Origin: a virus
Taxonomy: Duplodnaviria; Caudoviricetes
Direction: 5' to 3' (one strand)
DNA length: 64,000 nucleotides
Virus record (IMG/VR): IMGVR_UViG_3300042397_003635
Shown here: one piece after another, positions 47,641-55,790 of the stretch
How positions within the stretch are numbered: position 1 is the first letter of the stretch
How the letters are laid out: each line of letters begins with the position of its first letter
The notes under the pieces: model-generated
Database searches by the model: none
What the model was told of the DNA's origin: nothing
What the model saw: only the letters and a program-made list of their open reading frames with translations
Translations under genes and position numbers: made by a program

Positions 47641-47656
47641 TCTTCTTCAGTATTAT

Positions 47657-47896
47657 TTACTTTTTATTCCTAAAAAGTTTTACTGTTCTGATTAGCTGTG
47701 CACAAGTTTCAACAACTGCAAGACATAACGAAATCTTAACTGCCCATTCAATTGACCAGTGTTGATTTTCAAGATGACCTAACGCAATTGAACAAAGCGT
47801 GAGCAAAGAAATTGGAACAATAAAATTTACCCCAACCATTACATAAAATATGATGTTTAGGAATGAGTGCAGTTTTGCTTTAGCAGTTTCTTTCAT
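47657..47896 (-). CDS. Two-TM membrane protein
   Basis: Hydrophobic 79 aa ORF. Confidence 0.65.
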   Translation of the reverse strand: MKETAKAKLHSFLNIIFYVMVGVNFIVPISLLTLCSIALGHLENQHWSIEWAVKISLCLAVVETCAQLIRTVKLFRNKK

Positions 47897-48033
47897 TAGA
47901 ATAAGATTTTAATTATAAGGGCAACAAGTGCAGCAAAGGCTCCAGTAATTAATACTATCGCCACTATTTCTTGATGACCTTCGACCTGTTTTTTACTACG
48001 ACCTTGATGTTCATTTGGATCCCAGTTTTCCAT
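47896..48033 (-). CDS. 45 aa membrane peptide missed by track
   Basis: MENWDPNEHQGRSKKQVEGHQEIVAIVLITGAFAALVALIIKILF. Confidence 0.55.
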   Translation of the reverse strand: MENWDPNEHQGRSKKQVEGHQEIVAIVLITGAFAALVALIIKILF

Positions 48034-48044
48034 AGTGCTTTACT

Positions 48045-48545
48045 TTATTTAACTATGCGTCTAGCATAATCATTGACAAGAGGTCTTCCTGTATTATAAC
48101 AGCCAAGAGCAACTGGCCAACTATCATATCTTTTATACAAATACGCCAAAAGTTTCATTGAGATTTGAACATTTAGTTCAAGATTATTCAACAATTGCTT
48201 TTTTGTAACAGGTGCATCCCATATAAAATTTGCAGTTGGAACCTGTATCTGCATTGCGCCGTATGCGGCAGCCGATGATGTTAATTTAGGATTATATTTC
48301 CAATGAAATGGTCCTTTATAACCTGTTTCTTCTCGAGCAACTCCCATTGCAATGTGGAACGGAACACCGTATTCTTCAGAGTATTTCTCTAAATAATAAT
48401 AAAGAGCTAAACTTGGCGGTGACTTCTCATTGATTGTTCCGCTGCTTAGCTCTTTAGGTTTTTCGGTATTTAATAGTCTCCAAAGGAAACCGAATGCTAA
48501 AATTCCAGCCAATACAATGAGAGTTTTAAATGATTTTACTCCCAT
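48045..48545 (-). CDS. Membrane-anchored lytic transglycosylase (SLT/GH23)
   Basis: VAREETG, GAMQI, LNVQI, YN; N-terminal TM; start 48545 or 48572. Confidence 0.85.
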   Translation of the reverse strand: MGVKSFKTLIVLAGILAFGFLWRLLNTEKPKELSSGTINEKSPPSLALYYYLEKYSEEYGVPFHIAMGVAREETGYKGPFHWKYNPKLTSSAAAYGAMQIQVPTANFIWDAPVTKKQLLNNLELNVQISMKLLAYLYKRYDSWPVALGCYNTGRPLVNDYARRIVK

Positions 48546-48555
48546 ATTTTTAATA

Positions 48556-48885
48556 TTAGTGGCCAGTAGCATTTACATATGCCTTTTGTGCATATATGTT
48601 AAAAATAACACGTCCAATTGAATCTGAATAGATTGTATAAACCCCAGTCTTTCTATCAATAATTAGCAAATCTTCTTTTTCATTTACGGCAACTGACGTA
48701 TTTTTAAGAGTTTTTGCTTCTCTCCAAGCCTCTCCTTTGACTTTGTTTAGGGCTAGTTCGTAATAGTAACCAATACAAAATCCAGAGATTAGTGCACTAG
48801 CTAAAACTACAACTGTTCCAAGCCGCTTAAGTAAAGCTGATGCTTTTTCAATTAGTTGTTGGGCGAAGTTTTTTTGATTTTCCAT
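48556..48885 (-). CDS. Single-TM protein
   Basis: 109 aa ORF. Confidence 0.7.
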   Translation of the reverse strand: MENQKNFAQQLIEKASALLKRLGTVVVLASALISGFCIGYYYELALNKVKGEAWREAKTLKNTSVAVNEKEDLLIIDRKTGVYTIYSDSIGRVIFNIYAQKAYVNATGH

Positions 48886-49891
48886 TTTTTCTTTCTTTAG
48901 GTTTATCTGAATCTAATATACCTAAGTAATAGTCTTTTTGGTCTTTAAACAATTCTCTAGCCTCTGCTAATAAAACCGGATAAGACTTATCAATTTCTGG
49001 AAAATCTTTATCTAAATCACTTAGAATTCTGCCTAATACTGCTTGTCGAACTATTGCATAATTTAAGTTATGCTTTAGTCCCCAGATATGAAAAACATTA
49101 TCAAATTTTTCTTTAGCTTCTTCAATGGGCTCATTGTGAATCCACCCATACATATCTGCCGAAATGTGCATAACATCGACCTTTGGTCCAGGAATCCAGC
49201 TTGAATTTAAATATGTCTGTATATTAATGCCACGTTCCTTTGCTAAACTCGGCAATAAATATTGTTCAACAAAAATCATATCGCCGGCTCCAGGAAGAGT
49301 TTCCCATTTATGACTGTTTTCAATAATTGAATCAACATGATCCATCCATTCGTGTACAAATGGAGCAACCTTATTTAAATACAGAATTGCAGTGTTAGTT
49401 GCTTTATTGTCCCAATTAGTAATTGGACTTTCAATTTCAGCTAATTCATATATGCTAGGCCCACTAACATATTCAACGTCTGGATATTTAATTGGATCGA
49501 TTTCCTCATAATGAAATGTTAAAATCGGAGCGTCTATACTAAAGTTATATCTGGATTTGATGTATAGGTCTGTGTCCAATATGCAAAACTTATCAAAGTC
49601 TCGGGAAAGGTGCTTAGCTATCATCAGTTTCGGATATGCCCAAAATCTAGGGCTACCGTTCATTAATACTTGTTCATGATGAATTGTATCAACGAATGAA
49701 TATGCATTATGTAGGCCATAATGAAATACTTGAGATTCCCTTTCTGGACTAATGTATAATCCCATTGGGCCAAAGTTTTTTCTCCAGTATAGAGCAGATG
49801 CCAATTGGCAAAGTAATTCTACAGATTTAAACTTTCCTTCATCAACATCGCTTGAATAGAATGCATGTACTCCTAAAATTGGTTCACTCAT
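48848..49891 (-). CDS. GT-A-like glycosyltransferase candidate (DUF6734-like)
   Basis: FWAYPKL, LDTD (DxD), NTAIL, EQY, HIWG. Confidence 0.55.
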   Translation of the reverse strand: MSEPILGVHAFYSSDVDEGKFKSVELLCQLASALYWRKNFGPMGLYISPERESQVFHYGLHNAYSFVDTIHHEQVLMNGSPRFWAYPKLMIAKHLSRDFDKFCILDTDLYIKSRYNFSIDAPILTFHYEEIDPIKYPDVEYVSGPSIYELAEIESPITNWDNKATNTAILYLNKVAPFVHEWMDHVDSIIENSHKWETLPGAGDMIFVEQYLLPSLAKERGINIQTYLNSSWIPGPKVDVMHISADMYGWIHNEPIEEAKEKFDNVFHIWGLKHNLNYAIVRQAVLGRILSDLDKDFPEIDKSYPVLLAEARELFKDQKDYYLGILDSDKPKERKNGKSKKLRPTTN

Positions 49892-49895
49892 AGGA

Positions 49896-50168
49896 CTAAG
49901 CTAGTAGCTCATTAATTTTTTCAATAATATCAGCTTGCGCTTTTACGCCAACTGACTGGTATGCAGTTTCGCTATCCTTTAAATAGACTAATGCTGGAAT
50001 TGATCTAATTCCATGCAGAGCGGCTGTATCTGGATCTTCATCTGCATTTACTTTAGTAATTTCAACTAAAGAGTTTTCACTAAAATGTTCAGCAACCCTT
50101 TCCATAACTGGTCCAAACGTTCTGCACGGTCCACACCATGGTGCTGAAAAATAAATTACGTTAATCAT
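49896..50168 (-). CDS. trxA: Thioredoxin
   Basis: WCGPC, IRSIP. Confidence 0.95.
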   Translation of the reverse strand: MINVIYFSAPWCGPCRTFGPVMERVAEHFSENSLVEITKVNADEDPDTAALHGIRSIPALVYLKDSETAYQSVGVKAQADIIEKINELLA

Positions 50169-50181
50169 TGTTTTCTTTATT

Positions 50182-50469
50182 TTATTTTACTCTTAAAACT
50201 TGTTTAGATTTTTCTTCTATCCATTCAAGCTTTCTATATTTAAAATCTTTCCACTCTTCAAAATCATCTAATATATCGATAACTTCGTGTGGAACTAGCA
50301 CAAATCCGTCTGGTGCAATACCTGCAAATTTATAATAGTTTGAATCCTTTAATTTTTCTTTGACTAGTGGATTATCAAATGGCTCGTCATATAAACCAGC
50401 TTCTTGATCTAATCTCATCATTTCAGCAAGTATTTTACCTTGCTCTTCTTTAGTAAGATCCTCTGACAT
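50182..50469 (-). CDS. Hypothetical protein
   Basis: 95 aa ORF. Confidence 0.7.
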   Translation of the reverse strand: MSEDLTKEEQGKILAEMMRLDQEAGLYDEPFDNPLVKEKLKDSNYYKFAGIAPDGFVLVPHEVIDILDDFEEWKDFKYRKLEWIEEKSKQVLRVK

Positions 50470-50486
50470 TTAGTTGAGGTTATTTT

Positions 50487-50575
50487 TGGTACCGACGGCC
50501 GGAGTCGAACCGGCACGGGCATTACGGCCCAAGAGATTTTAAGTCTCTCATGTCTACCTATTTCATCACGTCGGC
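50487..50575 (-). tRNA. tRNA-Leu(UAA)
   Basis: Cloverleaf with variable arm, CT-TAA-AA, encoded CCA. Confidence 0.95.
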
Positions 50576-50656
50576 ATTTAACTAAGTTATTATACTAAGT
50601 TTATTAACTGGGTTATCAGTCGAAGATAAATATTTATAGAAATAACTCAATTATTA

Positions 50657-51568
50657 ATGGGAAATCACATTAAAAATTTTAAAGGTTGGAAGAACGTTTC
50701 AGAAGCTGGTTCTTGGGGAGAGTGGATGCAATCATTAGTTACTGGCGTAGGAGCAGAGACTCCAGAATTAGGAGCAGATGCAAAGGCTGCATTAACCGGC
50801 GTAAAGACATTAGCTGGTACTGTTGTAGATAAAATTGCAGATACACTAGGAATAGAAACTGACAAAAAGGAAGAACCAAAATCTTCTAAAGCTTTTAAAT
50901 CAAATAGCGGAAAAATTCCAGAAGAACACATTGCCGCATTAGAAGCAGCCATGGATAGACATGGAATTACAAATGAATTTGCAAGAAAGGCTATTCTTGG
51001 AGTAGTATCAAAGGAATCTCCAGATCTAAGACCTGAAGTTGACTATAGTAAAACTTCCAACTCTAGAATTAGAGAAGTATTTGGATCAAGAGTTTCAGAA
51101 TTATCAGATTCTCAACTTGATGCATTAAAAGCTAATCCAACTAAGTTTTGGGATAGAGTATATGGACCAACCGATCCAACTGGAAGAGGCTCAAAATATG
51201 GGAATTCTGAACCGGGCGATGGCGAAAGATATAGGGGTCGCGGATTTAATGGAATTACATTTAAAAGTAATTATATCAATCTTCAAAAAGTATACAATGA
51301 AATTGGTAAACTCGAAACTAATGATACAATCGATATAGTTGATAATCCAGAACAGTTGGAAGATCCAGCGATTGCAGCAGAATTTGCAATTCTTTATTAT
51401 ATCGATAGTTTTAAACGAGCAAATAAAAACCTAAATAACTTTAGTGATTTAGAATCTGCCGTAACTGATTATGTTAGATCAACTGCGGGTTGGGGTTCAG
51501 ATATTACAAGCGGAGTTAAGGCTCAGGGTTTTGCTAGAGCTCTAGACTATGCACAATCATTAGCATAA
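50657..51568 (+). CDS. GH19/lysozyme-like muralytic enzyme with internal-protein-like N-terminus
   Basis: KES catalytic Glu, YRGRGFNGITF...NY; MGNHIKNFKGW start; GATAAATA at 50625-50632. Confidence 0.75.
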   Translation: MGNHIKNFKGWKNVSEAGSWGEWMQSLVTGVGAETPELGADAKAALTGVKTLAGTVVDKIADTLGIETDKKEEPKSSKAFKSNSGKIPEEHIAALEAAMDRHGITNEFARKAILGVVSKESPDLRPEVDYSKTSNSRIREVFGSRVSELSDSQLDALKANPTKFWDRVYGPTDPTGRGSKYGNSEPGDGERYRGRGFNGITFKSNYINLQKVYNEIGKLETNDTIDIVDNPEQLEDPAIAAEFAILYYIDSFKRANKNLNNFSDLESAVTDYVRSTAGWGSDITSGVKAQGFARALDYAQSLA

Positions 51569-51569
51569 T

Positions 51570-51746
51570 ATGAAGATTAGAGATATTAAACCCCAAGATA
51601 AAGATATGGTCGACGGAATAGTCGATATTATAAAACAAGTAAGGGACAAAGATAATCGAGAAGAGATTGCAACCAATATGGTTAAGCAATTAAAGCGAGA
51701 AAAGATTATCTTAAACTACGAAGACTTTTTAAAAGCCTGTAAATAA
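51570..51746 (+). CDS. 58 aa hypothetical protein missed by track
   Basis: MKIRDIKPQDKDMVDGIVDIIKQV...LKACK, 1 nt after previous stop. Confidence 0.7.
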   Translation: MKIRDIKPQDKDMVDGIVDIIKQVRDKDNREEIATNMVKQLKREKIILNYEDFLKACK

Positions 51747-51748
51747 CA

Positions 51749-51771
51749 AAAGCCTCATTAAGCGGCTTTTT
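51749..51771. terminator. Bidirectional terminator between convergent units
   Basis: aaaagcc / ggctttt. Confidence 0.6.
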
Positions 51772-51777
51772 CTTTTT

Positions 51778-51852
<75 letters not shown>

Positions 51853-51889
51853 CTATAATATTTTCAAGATGTGATTGTTGGAAAGTAAA

Positions 51890-52745
51890 AAAGAAAAACG
51901 CTGAGATTATACGTTTTAACGTTAGATCTTTACATAGGATTATTGTTTCCCTACTTATCCAGAGACTTTTGATCTCTACTCTAACAGTGCCGGTTTTTTA
52001 GGTGTACCACTCCTTGAGCTGCGGGTTTGAACTACTCTCCTCATATTATATCTACCAGAACCTGCCGATCCCGTTAACCCTTGCGAGGCTATAGATTTTT
52101 CTGAGAACTCGTATTGGACTTGCGATCCTTTACGGCAACTGACAACCAGTTACTAGGTAGGCACCTTTCGTTCGCAGCTGACGAGCGCTTAAGCTTTGTT
52201 TTAAAATGGATTTTAGTTATTCACCAAAAGAACTTTTTATTTCCAAAGTTTATTGACTCTGTGGATTGTGAAAGTAGTGGCTCGTCACTAGGCCAGCCCC
52301 GATTTTGTCAGGGTCGATACTTAACTACTCTCTGAGATATCCCTACCTCAATTTTTCCGGATTCCTCTTAACTGCAGTCTTGGTAGACTGATGATAAGGT
52401 TAATAACAGCACCACCTGTACATCAACTTGTCTTTCGACTTTAAGGCTCCCATTAAATTGGAGTTCGCAATCATGGAGTCGGATGATTCCACTCCTTGCA
52501 AATATCCTACGAGTTAATCTTATTGAGGTTCCCCTCTCAACTAAACGACCCACATCGCCTAGTCAGCATTCCAGTTCTCCTACAGTGTTACCCTCAGATA
52601 CTTAGGACTTCTGATATCCCGCTTGCCTACTCGAGTTCCTTGCGAAACCGCAGAGCTGATAAGTCATATAGCTCCACTTTATACCTGTTTCCAGGTTTAT
52701 TTGACGATCATAGGCGACCGTTTTGCAACCTAGCAAGCTAGGCTA
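51890..52745 (-). ncRNA. Large structured ncRNA (~850 nt), GOLLD-like
   Basis: No credible ORF; many GNRA-capped hairpins and long-range helices; promoter boxes at 52785-52796; adjacent to tRNA. Confidence 0.7.
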
Positions 52746-53038
52746 CATATATCAATAAGATTCAAAGAACTTGTTTGTGTTACTTATTTATTATACCTAC
52801 TTTATTTGATTTTGGTTTAAATAAGTAAAAAAAAATTAAGGGTTTGAAAAGAGATCCGAAAAAATTTTCGCTAAAAGAGTGTTAAATGTTGATAGGTGCC
52901 ATTTTTGAATTTCTTAAATCTTGAATTTTAAATTCAGAGTCCCTGTCTTAACATCAATTGGATTGCTAGAATAAGTATGTAAATGACGTGCAGTCATATG
53001 CTACCGATTCCTCTTCACTCTTTTCTCTCCCCTATATT

Positions 53039-53467
53039 TTAAATTTTGGTTTTTGCATTGTGAGCTTCTAGCTCCTCTTGCAACATCTCGATTTGAGACT
53101 CCAATTTTTCAATCAATTGATCTTTTTCAACGATTGAGATTTGTGAAGTGTACTTCACTGGAGAATCCATTCGATATGATTGGTGCATTCCTTCTTTGCA
53201 GTCTAAACCTTTCAATTTAGAAACCAAAGATTTTAGTTCAGCTAATCTAAAGATTTTATCATAAACCTTTGCATTAGCTTTGTGAATAGCTGTTTTTAAT
53301 GCAACTAATTCATCAACCGATGTCATTGCTTTTTCCAACGCTTCCTTTGCATCATAAGGACGTGTAGTTCCTTCTTGAATAGAGTTGTACGCTGAAACAT
53401 GCGAAATGTACTCATTAGTTTTTGAAACTAATTTGTTTTTCTGTTTAAGTGCTTTTGTGATATTCAT
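53039..53467 (-). CDS. Coiled-coil protein (DIP1984/DUF6847-like)
   Basis: MNITKALKQKNKL...LKTAIHKAN...QEELEAHN pattern. Confidence 0.6.
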   Translation of the reverse strand: MNITKALKQKNKLVSKTNEYISHVSAYNSIQEGTTRPYDAKEALEKAMTSVDELVALKTAIHKANAKVYDKIFRLAELKSLVSKLKGLDCKEGMHQSYRMDSPVKYTSQISIVEKDQLIEKLESQIEMLQEELEAHNAKTKI

Positions 53468-53522
53468 GTTTTATTGTATTACTTAGTTAATAATAGTTTT
53501 TAATATACCTAAAAAATTTTTG

Positions 53523-53594
53523 AGCGGATGGAGAGAATCGAACTCTCATCTCCAGTTTGGAAGACTGGAGTAATGGCCATTATACGACATCCGC
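53523..53594 (-). tRNA. tRNA-Gly(UCC)
   Basis: Cloverleaf, CT-TCC-AA. Confidence 0.95.
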
Positions 53595-53709
53595 AAATTG
53601 CTGTCTTTCCAAGCTGTCAACCAGTGCACGTTCCAAACCCTTGTTTGGATGACTGCTTCTATTACTAGAATGCTTTATTTGCAAGTCGTCGTTGTGTTGG
53701 ATTTCTGCG

Positions 53710-53815
53710 TAGTCATAATTGGATTCGAACCAATTACAGGCTTTACCATAAAGAGTGCCATTAGCAGTTAATCTCAACCTTGGGGAGGTGCCCTTCAACC
53801 AATGAATTTATGACT
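53710..53815 (-). ncRNA. tRNA-like RNA with expanded anticodon domain
   Basis: 7 bp acceptor stem, canonical T arm (TTCGAAT), D-like arm; ~47 nt in place of an anticodon loop. Confidence 0.65.
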
Positions 53816-53820
53816 ATTTG

Positions 53821-53894
53821 CGGTCCGTACGGGACTCGAACCCGTGATCTCCTACGTGACAGGCAGGCGTCCACTCCAACTGGACCGACAGACC
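53821..53894 (-). tRNA. tRNA-Asp(GUC)
   Basis: Cloverleaf, CT-GTC-AC. Confidence 0.95.
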
Positions 53895-53997
53895 ATTTAG
53901 ATATTTCAGAAGAGGTTACTAAACTTCAGCTCTTCAAAGCTTCTCAGCTTACAGCGTTCCGTCAATTGTTTACGCTGCTAACTTATTCGGTAAAGCG

Positions 53998-54069
53998 TAG
54001 CCCGTACGAGAATCGAACTCGTCTCTCACCCGTGAAAGGGGCGTGTCCTAACCGATAGACTAACGGGCC
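53998..54069 (-). tRNA. tRNA-Glu(UUC)
   Basis: Cloverleaf, CT-TTC-AC. Confidence 0.95.
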
Positions 54070-54263
54070 AAGGACAAATCTTGCATGCTCACCATGCTTG
54101 TGGATTTGATTGAACATAGTTTACTGTTCACCTGTTTTGAGTGCACCAAAGAGCAGGGTCCATCACATAATACCTTGGGTCATGTATACTTCATTGGGTA
54201 GCTACTCCCACGAAGCCAAGGTCTCTTTCAACGGTGCTAATCCGTCTTATGTAAGATTTGTAG

Positions 54264-54337
54264 TGGAGATGACAGGAATCGAACCTGCGACCCTCTGCGT
54301 GCAAGGCAGATGCTCTAGCCAACTGAGCTACATCCCC
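54264..54337 (-). tRNA. tRNA-Ala(UGC)
   Basis: Cloverleaf, G3:U70, CT-TGC-AC. Confidence 0.95.
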
Positions 54338-54382
54338 GTTTACTGTAATTATTATACTATAAACAAGCTAATAATTGCATTG

Positions 54383-54455
54383 AGCCTCCTGTCGGAATCG
54401 AACCAACGACCTACTGATTACAAATCAGTTGCTCTACCAGCTGAGCTAAGGAGGC
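54383..54455 (-). tRNA. tRNA-Thr(UGU)
   Basis: Cloverleaf, TT-TGT-AA. Confidence 0.95.
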
Positions 54456-54574
54456 AAATAGATGAAGTATGACGTCTACTTAATTTACAGCAACCTTCTG
54501 ATAAATTAAGGGTTCTCTTCATCATTGTGGACATAGACTCATCGTCTACTCTTGGGCTTCCACTAGCCCCTTTG

Positions 54575-54645
54575 TTGTCCCGCAAGGATTCGAACCTCGA
54601 TTATCTGGACCAAAACCAGATGTGCTGCCGTTACACCACAGGACA
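54575..54645 (-). tRNA. tRNA-Gln(UUG)
   Basis: Cloverleaf, TT-TTG-GT. Confidence 0.93.
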
Positions 54646-54677
54646 GTATACTTTCCAATACGTCAAAGACCAATTTG

Positions 54678-54759
54678 TGCCTGCAGATGGACTCGAACCA
54701 CCGAACCCGTAAGGGAGCTGATTTACAGTCAGCCGCAATTGCCGCTATGCGATACAGGC
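54678..54759 (-). tRNA. tRNA-Tyr(GUA)
   Basis: Cloverleaf with variable arm, CT-GTA-AA. Confidence 0.95.
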
Positions 54760-54765
54760 ATTATT

Positions 54766-55437
54766 CTATTTTCTAGGCTTTTTAGAAATTACCTCATCGA
54801 TAATTCCATATGCCTTTGCTTCTTCAGCACTAAGCCAAAAGTCTCTAGTTGCATCTGCTTTAACTTGTTCTGGATCTTTATCACAATATCCACCAAGTAA
54901 AACAAATAGCTCGTCATTTACTTTTTGCCACTCTTTCCAATCAATTTCAGCATCTTGGATATTTCCACTGAAACCTCCTGAAGATTGATGCAACATTGTA
55001 GTTGAGTGTTTTAGTGAGCTCCGCTTTCCTTTTGTGCCAGCTCCTAACAACACTGATCCCATTGATGCAGCCATTCCAGTATTAACTGTTCTGATATCAC
55101 AGTTAATATAATCCATTACATCAACCATTGATAAGCCGCTCTTAACACTTCCACCTGGACTATCAATATGCATAGTAATATCTAATCCATCAACTGAATC
55201 CAAAAACATTAGCTGAGCTTGCACAATAGTCGACATATGATCGTTGACTGGACCTGCTACCCAAATTAGTCTTTCCATCATTAATCTGGAAAAAATATCC
55301 ATTTGAGTTGCACGTAATTCGCGCTCTTCTAAAATATAAGGAGTCATTGACGACTCAATCTGCTTTTGATGGTAGTGCATATTCAATGAAGAAATGCCAT
55401 GCTTACTCATCGCGTATTTTTCAAATTCGTTTCTCAT
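54766..55437 (-). CDS. clpP: ATP-dependent Clp protease proteolytic subunit
   Basis: DIFSRL, IDSPGG, AASMG (Ser), MLHQ (His), RDFW (Asp). Confidence 0.96.
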   Translation of the reverse strand: MRNEFEKYAMSKHGISSLNMHYHQKQIESSMTPYILEERELRATQMDIFSRLMMERLIWVAGPVNDHMSTIVQAQLMFLDSVDGLDITMHIDSPGGSVKSGLSMVDVMDYINCDIRTVNTGMAASMGSVLLGAGTKGKRSSLKHSTTMLHQSSGGFSGNIQDAEIDWKEWQKVNDELFVLLGGYCDKDPEQVKADATRDFWLSAEEAKAYGIIDEVISKKPRK

Positions 55438-55468
55438 ACAATTATTATACTAATTTAGTTATACTATG

Positions 55469-55543
55469 TGCTTTCTACAGGGTTCGAACCTGTGACCTCC
55501 TCGGTGTAAACGAGGCGCTCTGAACCAGCTGAGCTAAGAAAGC
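55469..55543 (-). tRNA. tRNA-Val(UAC)
   Basis: Cloverleaf, TT-TAC-AC. Confidence 0.95.
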
Positions 55544-55632
55544 ATATATACGTCTTTCCGTATTGTCATCAATTTTGATGGGCTCATCTGACAGTCTTTA
55601 AACTAACCAGCACTTGAGATTGAAACTCCTTG

Positions 55633-55706
55633 TGATCCCGAATGGACTCGAACCATTGACTCCCTCATTAAAAGTGAGGTGCTCTAACCAACTGAGCTAC
55701 GAGATC
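55633..55706 (-). tRNA. tRNA-Lys(UUU)
   Basis: Cloverleaf, CT-TTT-AA. Confidence 0.95.
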
Positions 55707-55711
55707 ATTTG

Positions 55712-55786
55712 TTGCGGGACTGGGACTCGAACCCAGAACTTCAGCTTATGAGACTGACGAGATAGCCACTTTCTACGCATCCCGCA
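55712..55786 (-). tRNA. tRNA-Met(CAU), probably elongator
   Basis: Paired 1:72, CT-CAT-AA, slightly atypical D arm. Confidence 0.85.
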
Positions 55787-55790
55787 ATAT

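Noticed and set aside
52114-52741. ORFs 52114, 52368 and 52496 in the 51.9-52.7 kb gap
   Set aside because: No protein features or phage-like codon usage; region is better explained as a structured ncRNA
51890-52745. tmRNA, RNase P or group I intron identity for the large RNA
   Set aside because: No tRNA-Ala-like ends or tag ORF, no RNase P P4 signature recognised, and it does not interrupt a gene; formal exclusion needs cmsearch
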